Source: Ostreococcus tauri
Taxonomy: Eukaryota
Direction of reading: 5' to 3'
NCBI GenBank assembly: GCA_000214015.2
Contig: CAID01000006.2
Coordinates: forward strand, 613,063-633,884
DNA length: 20,822 nt
The position numbers were made by a program, and so were the translations under genes. The notes under the pieces are model-generated. The model did no database searches. It was given only the letters and a program-made list of their open reading frames with translations, and was not told the DNA's origin. How positions within the stretch are numbered: position 1 is the first letter of the stretch; every line of letters starts with the position of its first letter. Positions 9,301 through 18,006 of this stretch are shown piece after piece.

Positions 9301-10126
9301 TGACGTTCCTTCCGCGGTAATAGTTGCTCACCATCCACTCAAAACTCGTCACCTGGTACTCGCGAAGAGACATCCCATTCTTGAACTCCGGAGGCATGGG
9401 TTTTCCTCGCGGCATTTCCGTGCGCTCAAAAAACTCAGGATTGGTGAATCTCCAGTATCGCTCCACCTTGCCCTTGTCTTCGTCGAGCTCGCTCACGCTT
9501 TCGCTCGTCTCCCACGTGGACGCCGCGTACCCCAAGCCGCACCACTTCACCAAGTACTCCACCGATCCATCATCCTCGCCCTCTCGGTGAGCGATCACGC
9601 GATCGATGATATCATACGCCTTTGGGTACCGCTCATCCTGCGCCTCGATCGCGTGCTTCCGCGTGAACGTCTTCAACTTGTGCGGCGCCTCGCGCGCGAG
9701 CGTCTCCGCCGTCTCCCACGAGCATCGACGATAACTCACCCCTTCCCACTTCACGCAGTACTCCAGCTCCGCGTCCGCATCACTTTTCTGTCGACAGTAC
9801 ACGATTCGTTCGACGACGTCTCGATACGCCGCATCCTCCATCGACGCGTCCTCGTCCATCCGTCCCGCGCTCGTCGTCGACGCGTCGTCCGAATCCAATT
9901 CCGAATCCGACTCCGCCTCCCGCATCGACCGCACCGCCCGCGCCGCGGCTCGCCGCGGACGCCGTCCCACGCCGTCGTCCACCGCCACCGCCGTCGCCCC
10001 CGACGGCGCCGTCATCGACGTATCCGAGTCGCTCCCGTCCATTGCGCTCGGCGTGTCGTCGCGCGCGAGCTCCCGCACGCATCCCTCGTCGTCGACGCGC
10101 CCCACCGCTTCTGCCGCCGCGCGCAT
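6311..10126 (-). CDS. CHD1: CHD1-subfamily chromodomain-helicase-DNA-binding chromatin remodeler (SNF2 ATPase).
   Basis: It has tandem chromodomains ([36 protein letters not shown]). SNF2_N motifs are [21 protein letters not shown] and [11 protein letters not shown]. Helicase_C shows [22 protein letters not shown]. No PHD fingers are present. The C-terminal part is long, charged and SANT/SLIDE-like. The track's start at 10372 is a TTG. The first in-frame ATG is at 10126 (MRAAAEAV) and the next at 10042 (MDGSDSD). Confidence 0.9.
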   Translation of the reverse strand: [1271 protein letters not shown]

Positions 10127-10185
10127 CGAGCGCGCGCGCCCGACGTCGACGTCCACGCGCCGCGCGCGCCCGACGCGCGCCGTGG

Positions 10186-10187
<2 letters not shown>

Positions 10188-10214
<27 letters not shown>
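10188..10214. repeat. (GAC)9 microsatellite in the CHD1/AVT1 divergent intergenic region.
   Basis: Read directly from the sequence. It lies upstream of the first CHD1 ATG. Confidence 0.9.
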
Positions 10215-10216
<2 letters not shown>

Positions 10217-10468
10217 TGTGTCTCGATTCAAATTCTTTCGTGCGTCAGCGCCCCACGCGTGTGTGCGTTTTACCCCCCCTCGATCCCCGCGCGCCGTCCG
10301 CGACGCCGTAGTGCGCGGACCGGAACGCCATGTGGAGATCCACGCGAAACGGCACGCGCGTGATCGACACAAACTCGGACGCGTGGACAGTATACCGCGC
10401 GTCGATCATCTGTATGTGAAACGTCGCGTGACGCGCATCGCGCGGGCGTCGACACGGGACGTCGACGC

Positions 10469-10489
10469 GACGACGACGACGACGACGAC
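10469..10489. repeat. (GAC)7 microsatellite about 40 bp upstream of the transporter ATG.
   Basis: Read directly from the sequence. Confidence 0.9.
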
Positions 10490-10526
10490 GTCGCCGCGTC
10501 GCGCGTCACGCGAGCGCGCGCGCGGG

Positions 10527-12094
10527 ATGGTGACCGCGGCGCGGGGTGGGGTGAATTTTCCCGCGTCCACGCGAGCGACGTCGAGGCCGGACGGGCGGTC
10601 GGTGCGCGTCGAGCGGCGACGATGGGTCGATCGCGCGCGGCGTCACGGACGACGGCGAACGGATGATCGGATTCAGTCGCGGGCGATCGGTGACGCCGCG
10701 GTGCGCGAGCGCGGGTCGGTGGACGGTAGCGATGGACGATTGACGCCGACGTACGCGGGATCGACGGCGCGGGGGGGGCGTCGTCGGATCGAGAGTGAAC
10801 TCGGGACGAGCACGACGGAACAGGCGGGACGGAACGTGACCAACATCTTACTCGGCGTCGGGACGTTTGGGGGGTGCCGTACGCGTTGAAAGAGGCTGGG
10901 TGGAGCGGGTTGATCGTGCTCGGGACGTTGGGTCTGGTGACGAATTACACGGGGAAGATTCTGATCGCGTGTCAGCGGCGGGGGACGCTGCCGGCGAGCG
11001 AGCGCTCGACGGAAGGGGCCGGTGGGTCGACGCTGTGGAGCGCGACCGGGGTCGTTGGGGACGACGTGTGTCCCGATGAGTTTTATGAGCGCCCAGCGGA
11101 ACGCGCGTTGACGTCGTACGAAGACATCGGCGAGGCGGCGTTCGGGAAACTCGGGAGGAACTTCATCACGAGCGTCCTGTACACAGAGTTGATCGGCACC
11201 GCTGGATTGTTCTTCATCTTGGAGGGCGATCATCTCGCGACGTTGTTTCACGCGAAAGGAAAGGAAGAGCTCTTCGCGTGCGCCGCCGCGCTTTTCATGG
11301 TTCCCACGACGTGGCTGTTCGATCTGTCCAAGCTGAGCTATGTCGGCGCTCTCGGATTGTACGCGTCGACGGTGCTGACTGGCGTCGTCTCGTACGAGCT
11401 CATACATCAGTACACCACGACGGGGTCGCTTCCACACCTCGCGGAGACGACGTTCGTGAACTGGTCGACGTTTCCAGTGAGCTTTGGATTGTTGGCATTC
11501 GTGTACGCCGGGCACGCGGTGTTCCCGGCGATTTACGCGTCGATGGAAAAGCCCGAGGAGTACGAGAAAATGCTCGACGAGTCGTACATCGTCGTTGGGT
11601 TGAATTGCCTCGCCCTCGGCTGCGCCGGGTACGCTTTATTCGGGAACGAGGTCTCCGATCAGGTCACGCTGAGCCTCGACACTGGGGCGCTCGCGACGCT
11701 CGCGTTCGGTTTGACCGCGATCAACCCGTTCGCCAAATTCGCCCTTACGCTGGACCCGGTGGCCAAGGGCGTGGACTCCAAGCTCGGATTTCGCGTGCGC
11801 GACTCAAAGTCGGACGCTCTAGTTTCCCGGCTCTTGCGCACCGCTTTAGGCGTGCTGACACTCGGCGCGGCCATCAAACTTCCATTCTTCGGTGTTGGCA
11901 TGTCACTCGTCGGCGCCGCACTCACGCTCTCCGTCTCTGTCACGTTCCCTTCGATGTGCTACCTCCGGATGTTTGGCGACGAGCTCTCTCGGGGCGAACG
12001 TTGGCTCAACTACGCCATCCTCGGTATCGGTTTCACGTGCGCCGCCTCGGGTACAGCCGCGGCGTTCCAATCCGCCTTGGAAATCAGCGGTTAA
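10527..12094 (+). CDS. AVT1: AVT1/VGAT-like amino-acid transporter (Aa_trans family). The reading frame is interrupted at the G6 run 10869-10874: the N-terminal part lies in one frame and the body in another.
   Basis: Frame A, from ATG 10527, ends ...TTEQAGRNVTNILLGVGTFGG. Frame B, from 10874, reads VPYALKEAGWSGLIVLG...SYEDIGEAAFGKLGRNFITSVLYTELIGTAGLFFILEGDHL and continues through multiple hydrophobic helices. Together the two frames rebuild the family signature N..N.L.GVG....PYA.KE.GW. The span is 1568 nt, which is not a multiple of 3. Confidence 0.75.
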
Positions 12095-12266
12095 GACGCC
12101 AAGTCACGTATAATTCATCGCACGCGCGTATTGTTTGTATCAAGACACATTTTTCTGTTCCTTCATCCCGCCTCTCCCGTCGTTCACGCTTTGTCCGCGC
12201 GGCGGCTCAACTACCTCTCGCCGTCCGCAGACCCGTGCGCTCTCATTCGCTGGCGCGCGCCCCGAC

Positions 12267-13736
12267 ATGCGGCGAGGCGCGCTCCTAATAGTCCTCTTCG
12301 TCCTCGCGCGCGACGTCGACGCCGAGAGCGACGACGCGTCGACGATCGAGCGTCAGAAGGCTTCGTCGTCGGACAGTTGGAGAGTCGGTCACGCATCCGA
12401 CTCTCTGTCGCGATACAACGGGCACGCGCGACGATTACTGCGCGATGCGGCGCCGACGCGGGCGTGGGACGCGGCGGGTCGGTTCTTAGACGCGCTCGAT
12501 GGGAGTTTAGCCGACGCGAGTGCGAACGGATGCGTCTTGCACGAGTTCAACTCGTTGCCGAACGTGGAGACGGTGGACGTGAGCGTTCGGTTGGATTACC
12601 ACGCGATGGCGAAGAATGGTAATTTGAAGAGATTAGGGGTGATGTGCGACGCGCGGAGCGAGAGAGGAAGCGGAGAGGCGTGGTGTTTGGGATTGGAGCG
12701 GTCGACGGCGTTCGAGCGACATCGAAAGTGGTGGCGACGCCTGAGCGAAGCGTACGAGGACGGGAGGCATCCGTATTGGTTGAGCGAATACTTGGAGTTT
12801 GATATGCATGCGAACGAGATGAATCCCACGGCGAGCGTGTTCATCGAGACGACACCTATGGTGAATAGAAGACAGGCGGAGTACGTGCCGGCGCTGAGGG
12901 AATATTTAGAAGCGATCGAGGAGACGGCTTCGGAGAGGCTGTATGAGAACATCCAGGCGGTGATCGACGCGGCGATGGGAGATGGATTCGACACACACAT
13001 GTGGGCCGCCGGAATCATGTTCAGTCGATCGACGAAGACGGCGAGCGGGACGATCGACAGCGTTCGTGTGCTAATTCATTTTATGCGACACACGCCTCGA
13101 AACGGCGCCAAGGACGAAGAGGAAGACGGATACAGGAGCGAAAAAACGCGCCAAATGGTGCGTCTTCTCGAGATACTGAACTGGACTGGTGACTTTGACG
13201 AGTTCGATCGCATAGACAATTATTTCTTGGACGACGGTGGGCTTGGCTCGGTGCTTCAGCTGGACGTCCTGAATCGCGCGCCGACGGCGAGCGACCCCTC
13301 GATCATCGGCCCACGCGTCGGTGTCGAGATAACCATCGGCGTCGCTGACCCCACGAAGAACATCATGCCGCGACTCAACTCTCTCGTTGACGATGGACTC
13401 GTCGCCCCGATGTGGTGGAGCAATTTCACCGCCGCGTTGTGCGAGCCCGGTCCTCCGCGAACCGACGCGAGTAACGCTCGGGCCCTCCTCCGTCGTCCGT
13501 GCGCCATCAGAAGACGCACAGCCGCCGACAAGCGAGACTTGACAAAGAATGATGGTTCGGGCTTCCACCCACCGCTCACCGTGGCCGTGAGTCACCTCAA
13601 ATTTATCGTTCAACCAGGACGCTCTCTGTACGTCAAGCCGTACGTCACGACGCAAGCTCCGTTCGCGTGGTGCCTTGACGACAAGGCCCACGCCGAGCCT
13701 GAATCGCTCCCGGTCTACAATCAGTGCGCCCGATGA
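12267..13736 (+). CDS. Hypothetical secretory-pathway protein with an N-terminal signal peptide (489 aa); function unknown.
   Basis: ATG 12267 is the first in-frame ATG; the track's start is a TTG. The N-terminus MRRGALLIVLFVLARDVDA-ESDD looks like a signal peptide. The ORF is long, has high GC3 and normal amino-acid composition. I recognise no domain. Confidence 0.6.
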   Translation: MRRGALLIVLFVLARDVDAESDDASTIERQKASSSDSWRVGHASDSLSRYNGHARRLLRDAAPTRAWDAAGRFLDALDGSLADASANGCVLHEFNSLPNVETVDVSVRLDYHAMAKNGNLKRLGVMCDARSERGSGEAWCLGLERSTAFERHRKWWRRLSEAYEDGRHPYWLSEYLEFDMHANEMNPTASVFIETTPMVNRRQAEYVPALREYLEAIEETASERLYENIQAVIDAAMGDGFDTHMWAAGIMFSRSTKTASGTIDSVRVLIHFMRHTPRNGAKDEEEDGYRSEKTRQMVRLLEILNWTGDFDEFDRIDNYFLDDGGLGSVLQLDVLNRAPTASDPSIIGPRVGVEITIGVADPTKNIMPRLNSLVDDGLVAPMWWSNFTAALCEPGPPRTDASNARALLRRPCAIRRRTAADKRDLTKNDGSGFHPPLTVAVSHLKFIVQPGRSLYVKPYVTTQAPFAWCLDDKAHAEPESLPVYNQCAR

Positions 13737-14041
13737 TCGATCGTCGTATGTGTACCATGTATCAACGAATTAAACGACCGCGCGTGAGGGAACCGTCGAT
13801 GCGTCAATCGTCCTCGCCGCCGCCGCCTCGCTCGCCGACCCGACCGCGCGCCGGAGTCAACACACCATCGATCGACGCGCGCGCGCCGCATCATCCACGG
13901 TGCCGCGCGCGCGACGCCGCATTCACCGCACACGACGCTCGCGCGCGTGATCGACGCGCTTGCACGCGCGCGCGCGTCGTCACCGGGACGCACGACGCAG
14001 AAATATTCAATCGCCGATACATTCCGAGCTCGCATCGAGTC

Positions 14042-16849
14042 ATGATTCCACCCGCGAGGACGTCGGATCGCCTGAAGCGCATCCTGGGGACGTCCGAGTG
14101 GGCGCCGAGGAGGTCATCTCGATCGTCCGAGTCGCTTCCGCTTCGAGATCGCTCGCAGAGAAGCGCGCAAGGGGATCAGTGTACGAAAACGGTGTGGAGC
14201 GGGACGGCGGCGCTGACGCGACGCGAACCCGGAAGAGAAGGACGAATGAAGACGTCGAGCGAGGCGGTGGACGAGACCCCGATCGGGTTGATCACTCGAG
14301 CGTCGTGTGACGCGGGGAACGATGCGTCGATGGAGGCGACGGCGGGGGCGAGCAGCGCGCAGGCGAGCGACGCCGAGGTGGACGACGCGGACGCGGGCGC
14401 GACGGAGCGCGCCGCGGAGCACTCGACGCGGTGCGCGAGTGAGGGCTTGGGAGGGTTCACGAACGCGCGAACGGTCGCGTGCCAGCTCGTGGCGCAGGCG
14501 CCGCCGTCGGGGGCGGATATTCCTGGGACGGCGCGGGGGGAGGGGTTCGCCAGGGCGAGCGCGGCGGGGAACGCGCTTCCGGAAATCGTGCACGCCGAAA
14601 TCGTCGGTCCCGAGGACGAGGGCTGGCCCGAGGTTTGGGATCCTGTGGCGCTCCTACGTTTGTTTCCACTCTCGGCGCATCACTTGGTGCCGTTCAATCA
14701 GATGCGAGCGATGCTCACGGACTGTCGTCTTGACGAGAAGAAGACGCGGGACACGGGCGAGGGCGTCGCAGGCGCCGCGCGCATGGAACTTCCAGACGGG
14801 TACGTCGTGTACGTTGTCTCTGACGAAGGTCTTCCAGACATCGTGCGAGGCGCCCTGTACGGTAAGGCGAGTGGGAAGAGTGAGACCAACAGGCCGCTGT
14901 GGGCTGTCATACAAAGTATTTCGCCGTTAGACAAGCCGCAACCTCCGGCGACGGTGCCGACGCCGGATTTGAAACCCACTCGCGGGATCCTGCGCGGTTG
15001 GCGACCTCCGCCGAAAGAACCGGCCATCAGTGATAACACGCGTGTGCGAGTGGATCGTGTGTCGGAGCAGGAAGGTGTCGTTAAGATGGCGGAAGAACTC
15101 TCCGGAGTGCACCCGTCGGCGGAGACGACTGACGAAGAAAAGTCATTGAGTTCCGCGCACGAAATGACGAGCGGCGTCGAAGAGAGCGAAGGCATGGGAA
15201 CGGTGACGCCGGTAATAAGCGAGGAGACGAGTGAGCTCACGTCTGGTACGTCTGAGGTCGAGCGCGTGACTATCAAAATCGGCGGCGACGACGAGTTGGA
15301 CGACTGGCTCTCGCCCCCACTCGCTCGGCGTAAGAGAAAATCGTTCGCCAGCGCGCTCGCCGGTTCGGGATCGGATAATGAAAATTCCGATGATTCATCT
15401 GCTCCAGAGTTTGCAAAGCTGAAGCGTACGGCGACTTCGCCCGCCGCATCACCAAGCTCTTCAGAGGGCGAAGAGGAGCTCGTTCCCATGGAGCGAGGGC
15501 AGCACGAAATCCCGACCGCGACAGTGGCGCTAGCGCAAGTCATCTCGCCCGAACAGCGAGTTCCGAACATTCCTCTCACAGGTTTGCGATATATGCTCCT
15601 TGGCTTCGAGCTGAATCACCCGCACGTGGTGTATCTGATCAACTCGCTTGCCGAGGAGGGCGCCATGCACTTGGACATGAGAAGCAGCAAACCGGAGGAT
15701 GTTGACTTGATCGTCTTGCATCCACCGTTTCTGCAGCTCTTGTCAGCTCCTCAGTTCCCGATGAACGTGGCAGATTTCACCAGGACGCGGCACACGAGAT
15801 TTGCTCTCGGTTTACGCCACTTGGAGCTATGTTTGGAGCAGCGAAGACAACTCGATCCCAGACTCGAGACGGCTGAAGTTTTCCCAGAAGGCGTGTTGGT
15901 TGTCATGGATGACGCGGCGCTGATCAATGATGAAGAGGCGCTTCATCGCATCGTTCGTCTACTTGCTCAGGCGTCGGCTGCGAGTGCGGCGTGTTCAGCG
16001 GCAAAGGGTATCTTTCACTACGGCCAGGACGGCACGCGTGAAAATCCACCGTGGCCGTGGGCCATCAAGATCGCGAACAGCACGATTCAGAAGCTCATGA
16101 TGACCAAGCTTCGAATGATGCAAACAAACGCGGAGAAGGCGTGGAAGATCGAGGCAATGATCAAGGCACTGCACGCGTACAAGCACGCCGGGGACCGCGC
16201 CGGGAGAGGGGCGAGAGTGATGGGGATCACGTGGGAGGAAGCATCGCACCAGCCGGTGGAGGATCCTCCTCAGGCGGTGCGCGACGCGGTGAAAATCGCA
16301 TCGAGACACGTGTCTTTGTGTCGAGCCGTATTCCTCGTGAGTGAGGATTCTAAGACGCTCACCGCGGCCAAGGGACAACGCAGTATCTTATCGGGGAACG
16401 TGAACGACGTCTGCGACTTTTTGACGTCGATCGTTCGTGAAATGTGGGCAGAGACTAAGGCGGCGCGTACCGGCATGAGCGTTCACGATAGTAAACGCGT
16501 GGATGCGAGCGAACCATCAGCGAGTGACGTGAACTCAGACGCCCGAGATGATTCGAAGCTCCCCGACATGGAGGAAGAAGCGAGCGATGCAAGTCGGAAG
16601 CGAAGCAAGGAGAAAAAGGTCGTCAAGTTCCCCACCATGATCGATGACGGTGGTCGGAGTACGCGTAGCCGTGGGCGTTATAGTCCACCGCCGTCTCCCA
16701 CGCGCACGAACTCCGGAAGGACGGGCGACGACACGAGTAAGGACACGTCCAAGACGTCGACGGGAGATGCACCAACCGACGGCGAAGAGACGGCGCAGTC
16801 ACCAGTAGCTCCAAAGCAGAAGCGTTGGCGGCATTCGAGCGTAAGTTAA
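14042..16849 (+). CDS. Large hypothetical protein with acidic/Ser-rich linkers and a possible BRCT-like segment. The start is uncertain: the alternative ATG at 14246 is about equally plausible.
   Basis: This is a single 3.1-kb ORF. The track's start at 13724 is a GTG that overlaps the upstream gene's stop, and the first ~100 codons are Arg/Pro-rich junk-like sequence. High GC3 begins around 14042-14246. The segment IPLTGLRYMLLGFELNHPHVVYLINSLAEEGAMHLDMRSSKPEDVDLIVLH resembles the BRCT pattern; this is a weak, by-eye impression. Confidence 0.5.
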   Translation: MIPPARTSDRLKRILGTSEWAPRRSSRSSESLPLRDRSQRSAQGDQCTKTVWSGTAALTRREPGREGRMKTSSEAVDETPIGLITRASCDAGNDASMEATAGASSAQASDAEVDDADAGATERAAEHSTRCASEGLGGFTNARTVACQLVAQAPPSGADIPGTARGEGFARASAAGNALPEIVHAEIVGPEDEGWPEVWDPVALLRLFPLSAHHLVPFNQMRAMLTDCRLDEKKTRDTGEGVAGAARMELPDGYVVYVVSDEGLPDIVRGALYGKASGKSETNRPLWAVIQSISPLDKPQPPATVPTPDLKPTRGILRGWRPPPKEPAISDNTRVRVDRVSEQEGVVKMAEELSGVHPSAETTDEEKSLSSAHEMTSGVEESEGMGTVTPVISEETSELTSGTSEVERVTIKIGGDDELDDWLSPPLARRKRKSFASALAGSGSDNENSDDSSAPEFAKLKRTATSPAASPSSSEGEEELVPMERGQHEIPTATVALAQVISPEQRVPNIPLTGLRYMLLGFELNHPHVVYLINSLAEEGAMHLDMRSSKPEDVDLIVLHPPFLQLLSAPQFPMNVADFTRTRHTRFALGLRHLELCLEQRRQLDPRLETAEVFPEGVLVVMDDAALINDEEALHRIVRLLAQASAASAACSAAKGIFHYGQDGTRENPPWPWAIKIANSTIQKLMMTKLRMMQTNAEKAWKIEAMIKALHAYKHAGDRAGRGARVMGITWEEASHQPVEDPPQAVRDAVKIASRHVSLCRAVFLVSEDSKTLTAAKGQRSILSGNVNDVCDFLTSIVREMWAETKAARTGMSVHDSKRVDASEPSASDVNSDARDDSKLPDMEEEASDASRKRSKEKKVVKFPTMIDDGGRSTRSRGRYSPPPSPTRTNSGRTGDDTSKDTSKTSTGDAPTDGEETAQSPVAPKQKRWRHSSVS

Positions 16850-16911
16850 CGTATTATGTTCTACTAGATAGTTTTGCTGTATCATTACAATTGAAATTCT
16901 AGGCAATAATG

Positions 16912-18006
16912 TTACACTGAAGCGTCGTCGTCGAACAAGTACTCGAGGAGCGGCGCGACGCATGCGACTGACATCGAGTTCCCAAGTAGCGTATACCGCT
17001 GGCGCTTGGACAATTCTTCCGGCCATTCGAAATCACTGGGAATCGAGTGCAAGCGCATCACCTCGTCCACCGTGAAGTATCGCAAACGGACGTCGTCTTC
17101 GCCTTCTCCGGTGCGCCCGTCCCACGTCGACTTATCCACAAGACGATTGGCGACGACCGATCCAGTGCCTTTGACGTACTTGAAGTAACTCTTCGTAAAG
17201 CAGTTACACGTAGTATCGCTCGAGCTGACTATGTCGATGCACCCCTTGGCTCGATCAATGTCGTCTTGCCTGAGCGCGTTCTCACGCCAAATGTCCGAGT
17301 TTTCTGAATCGAGAAACCTCGAGAGCGGTGCGACGTCGACGTCCGCGTCCATCGTCTCGTCGTATTTCGGAATCCAGTGTCTCTTGTGCGATAGCTCGCA
17401 CGGCGGCGGCGCTCGCCGTATGTTGTCCACGGCATCTCGAAACGCGTGTGTCGTCCTCGCGCACAGAAAGTACCGCGGTCTGCTGTACGGCACCCCGAAC
17501 ATCGTCGGCGTCAGAATGAACTCCTGCACGTGAAACTCCATTTCTCGCAACTTCTCAATCAACAGCTCCCGCATCTTACTCGTCTCGAATCCCACGACGT
17601 TCTCCACGAAGACGTACCTCGGCCTCTTTTCCACGGATAGCTTCGTCGTCTCCTCCACCAACCGCGCAAAGCTATCCGCCCGCCCATCCTCCACGTCCAA
17701 CCGCTTCCCCTGCCTCGTGAACGGTTGACACGGGGGCGACATCAACCACGCCTCCGCCCCGATCTTGCCCAGCGCCTCCATCGACACGCCCGCCAAATTT
17801 TTCGCCAACGGCCGCGTCCCGTGATTCCGCGCGTACGCGTCGCACGCGTTCGGATTCAAATCATACGCCACCACCGTCCGCGCTCGCACCCGTCGCACCC
17901 ATCGCATCGCCAGCGACATCACTCCAATCCCGCAGTACATCTCCGCGACGCCCACGACGCCCGTGTCGTCGTCTCGCGCCGCCATCAGCGCCCGCGTCCG
18001 CTTCAT
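16912..18006 (-). CDS. DNMT2: DNMT2/TRDMT1 tRNA (cytosine-5) methyltransferase (364 aa). An alternative upstream in-frame ATG lies at 18189.
   Basis: The motifs are: I, AEMYCGIGVMS; IV, MSPPCQPFT; VI, FVENVVGFE; VIII, QEFILTPTMFGVPYSRPRYF; the DNMT2-specific CFTKSYFKYVKGTGS; LRYFTVDEVMRL; and X, RYTLLGNSMSV. The protein is collinear with human DNMT2 as I recall it. The 61 codons between 18189 and 18006 are Arg-rich, with GC3 about 61% against about 80% in the gene body. Confidence 0.92.
   Translation of the reverse strand: MKRTRALMAARDDDTGVVGVAEMYCGIGVMSLAMRWVRRVRARTVVAYDLNPNACDAYARNHGTRPLAKNLAGVSMEALGKIGAEAWLMSPPCQPFTRQGKRLDVEDGRADSFARLVEETTKLSVEKRPRYVFVENVVGFETSKMRELLIEKLREMEFHVQEFILTPTMFGVPYSRPRYFLCARTTHAFRDAVDNIRRAPPPCELSHKRHWIPKYDETMDADVDVAPLSRFLDSENSDIWRENALRQDDIDRAKGCIDIVSSSDTTCNCFTKSYFKYVKGTGSVVANRLVDKSTWDGRTGEGEDDVRLRYFTVDEVMRLHSIPSDFEWPEELSKRQRYTLLGNSMSVACVAPLLEYLFDDDASV

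Noticed and set aside
6851-10363. Plus-strand ORFs inside the CHD1 gene (for example 9587-10363 at 258 aa, 6870-7385, 7241-7738) and the shifted minus-strand ORF 7567-8259.
   Set aside because: They are antisense to or out of frame with the SNF2/chromodomain gene. Their translations are low-complexity and Arg/Ser/Pro-rich, and no domains are recognisable.
10860-10890. An intron as the explanation for the transporter frame change.
   Set aside because: The only GT...AG pair nearby (GTGCCGTACGCGTTGAAAG) is 19 nt long, and splicing it would delete the conserved PYALKE residues. The conserved motif is contiguous across the G run, so an indel is the better explanation.
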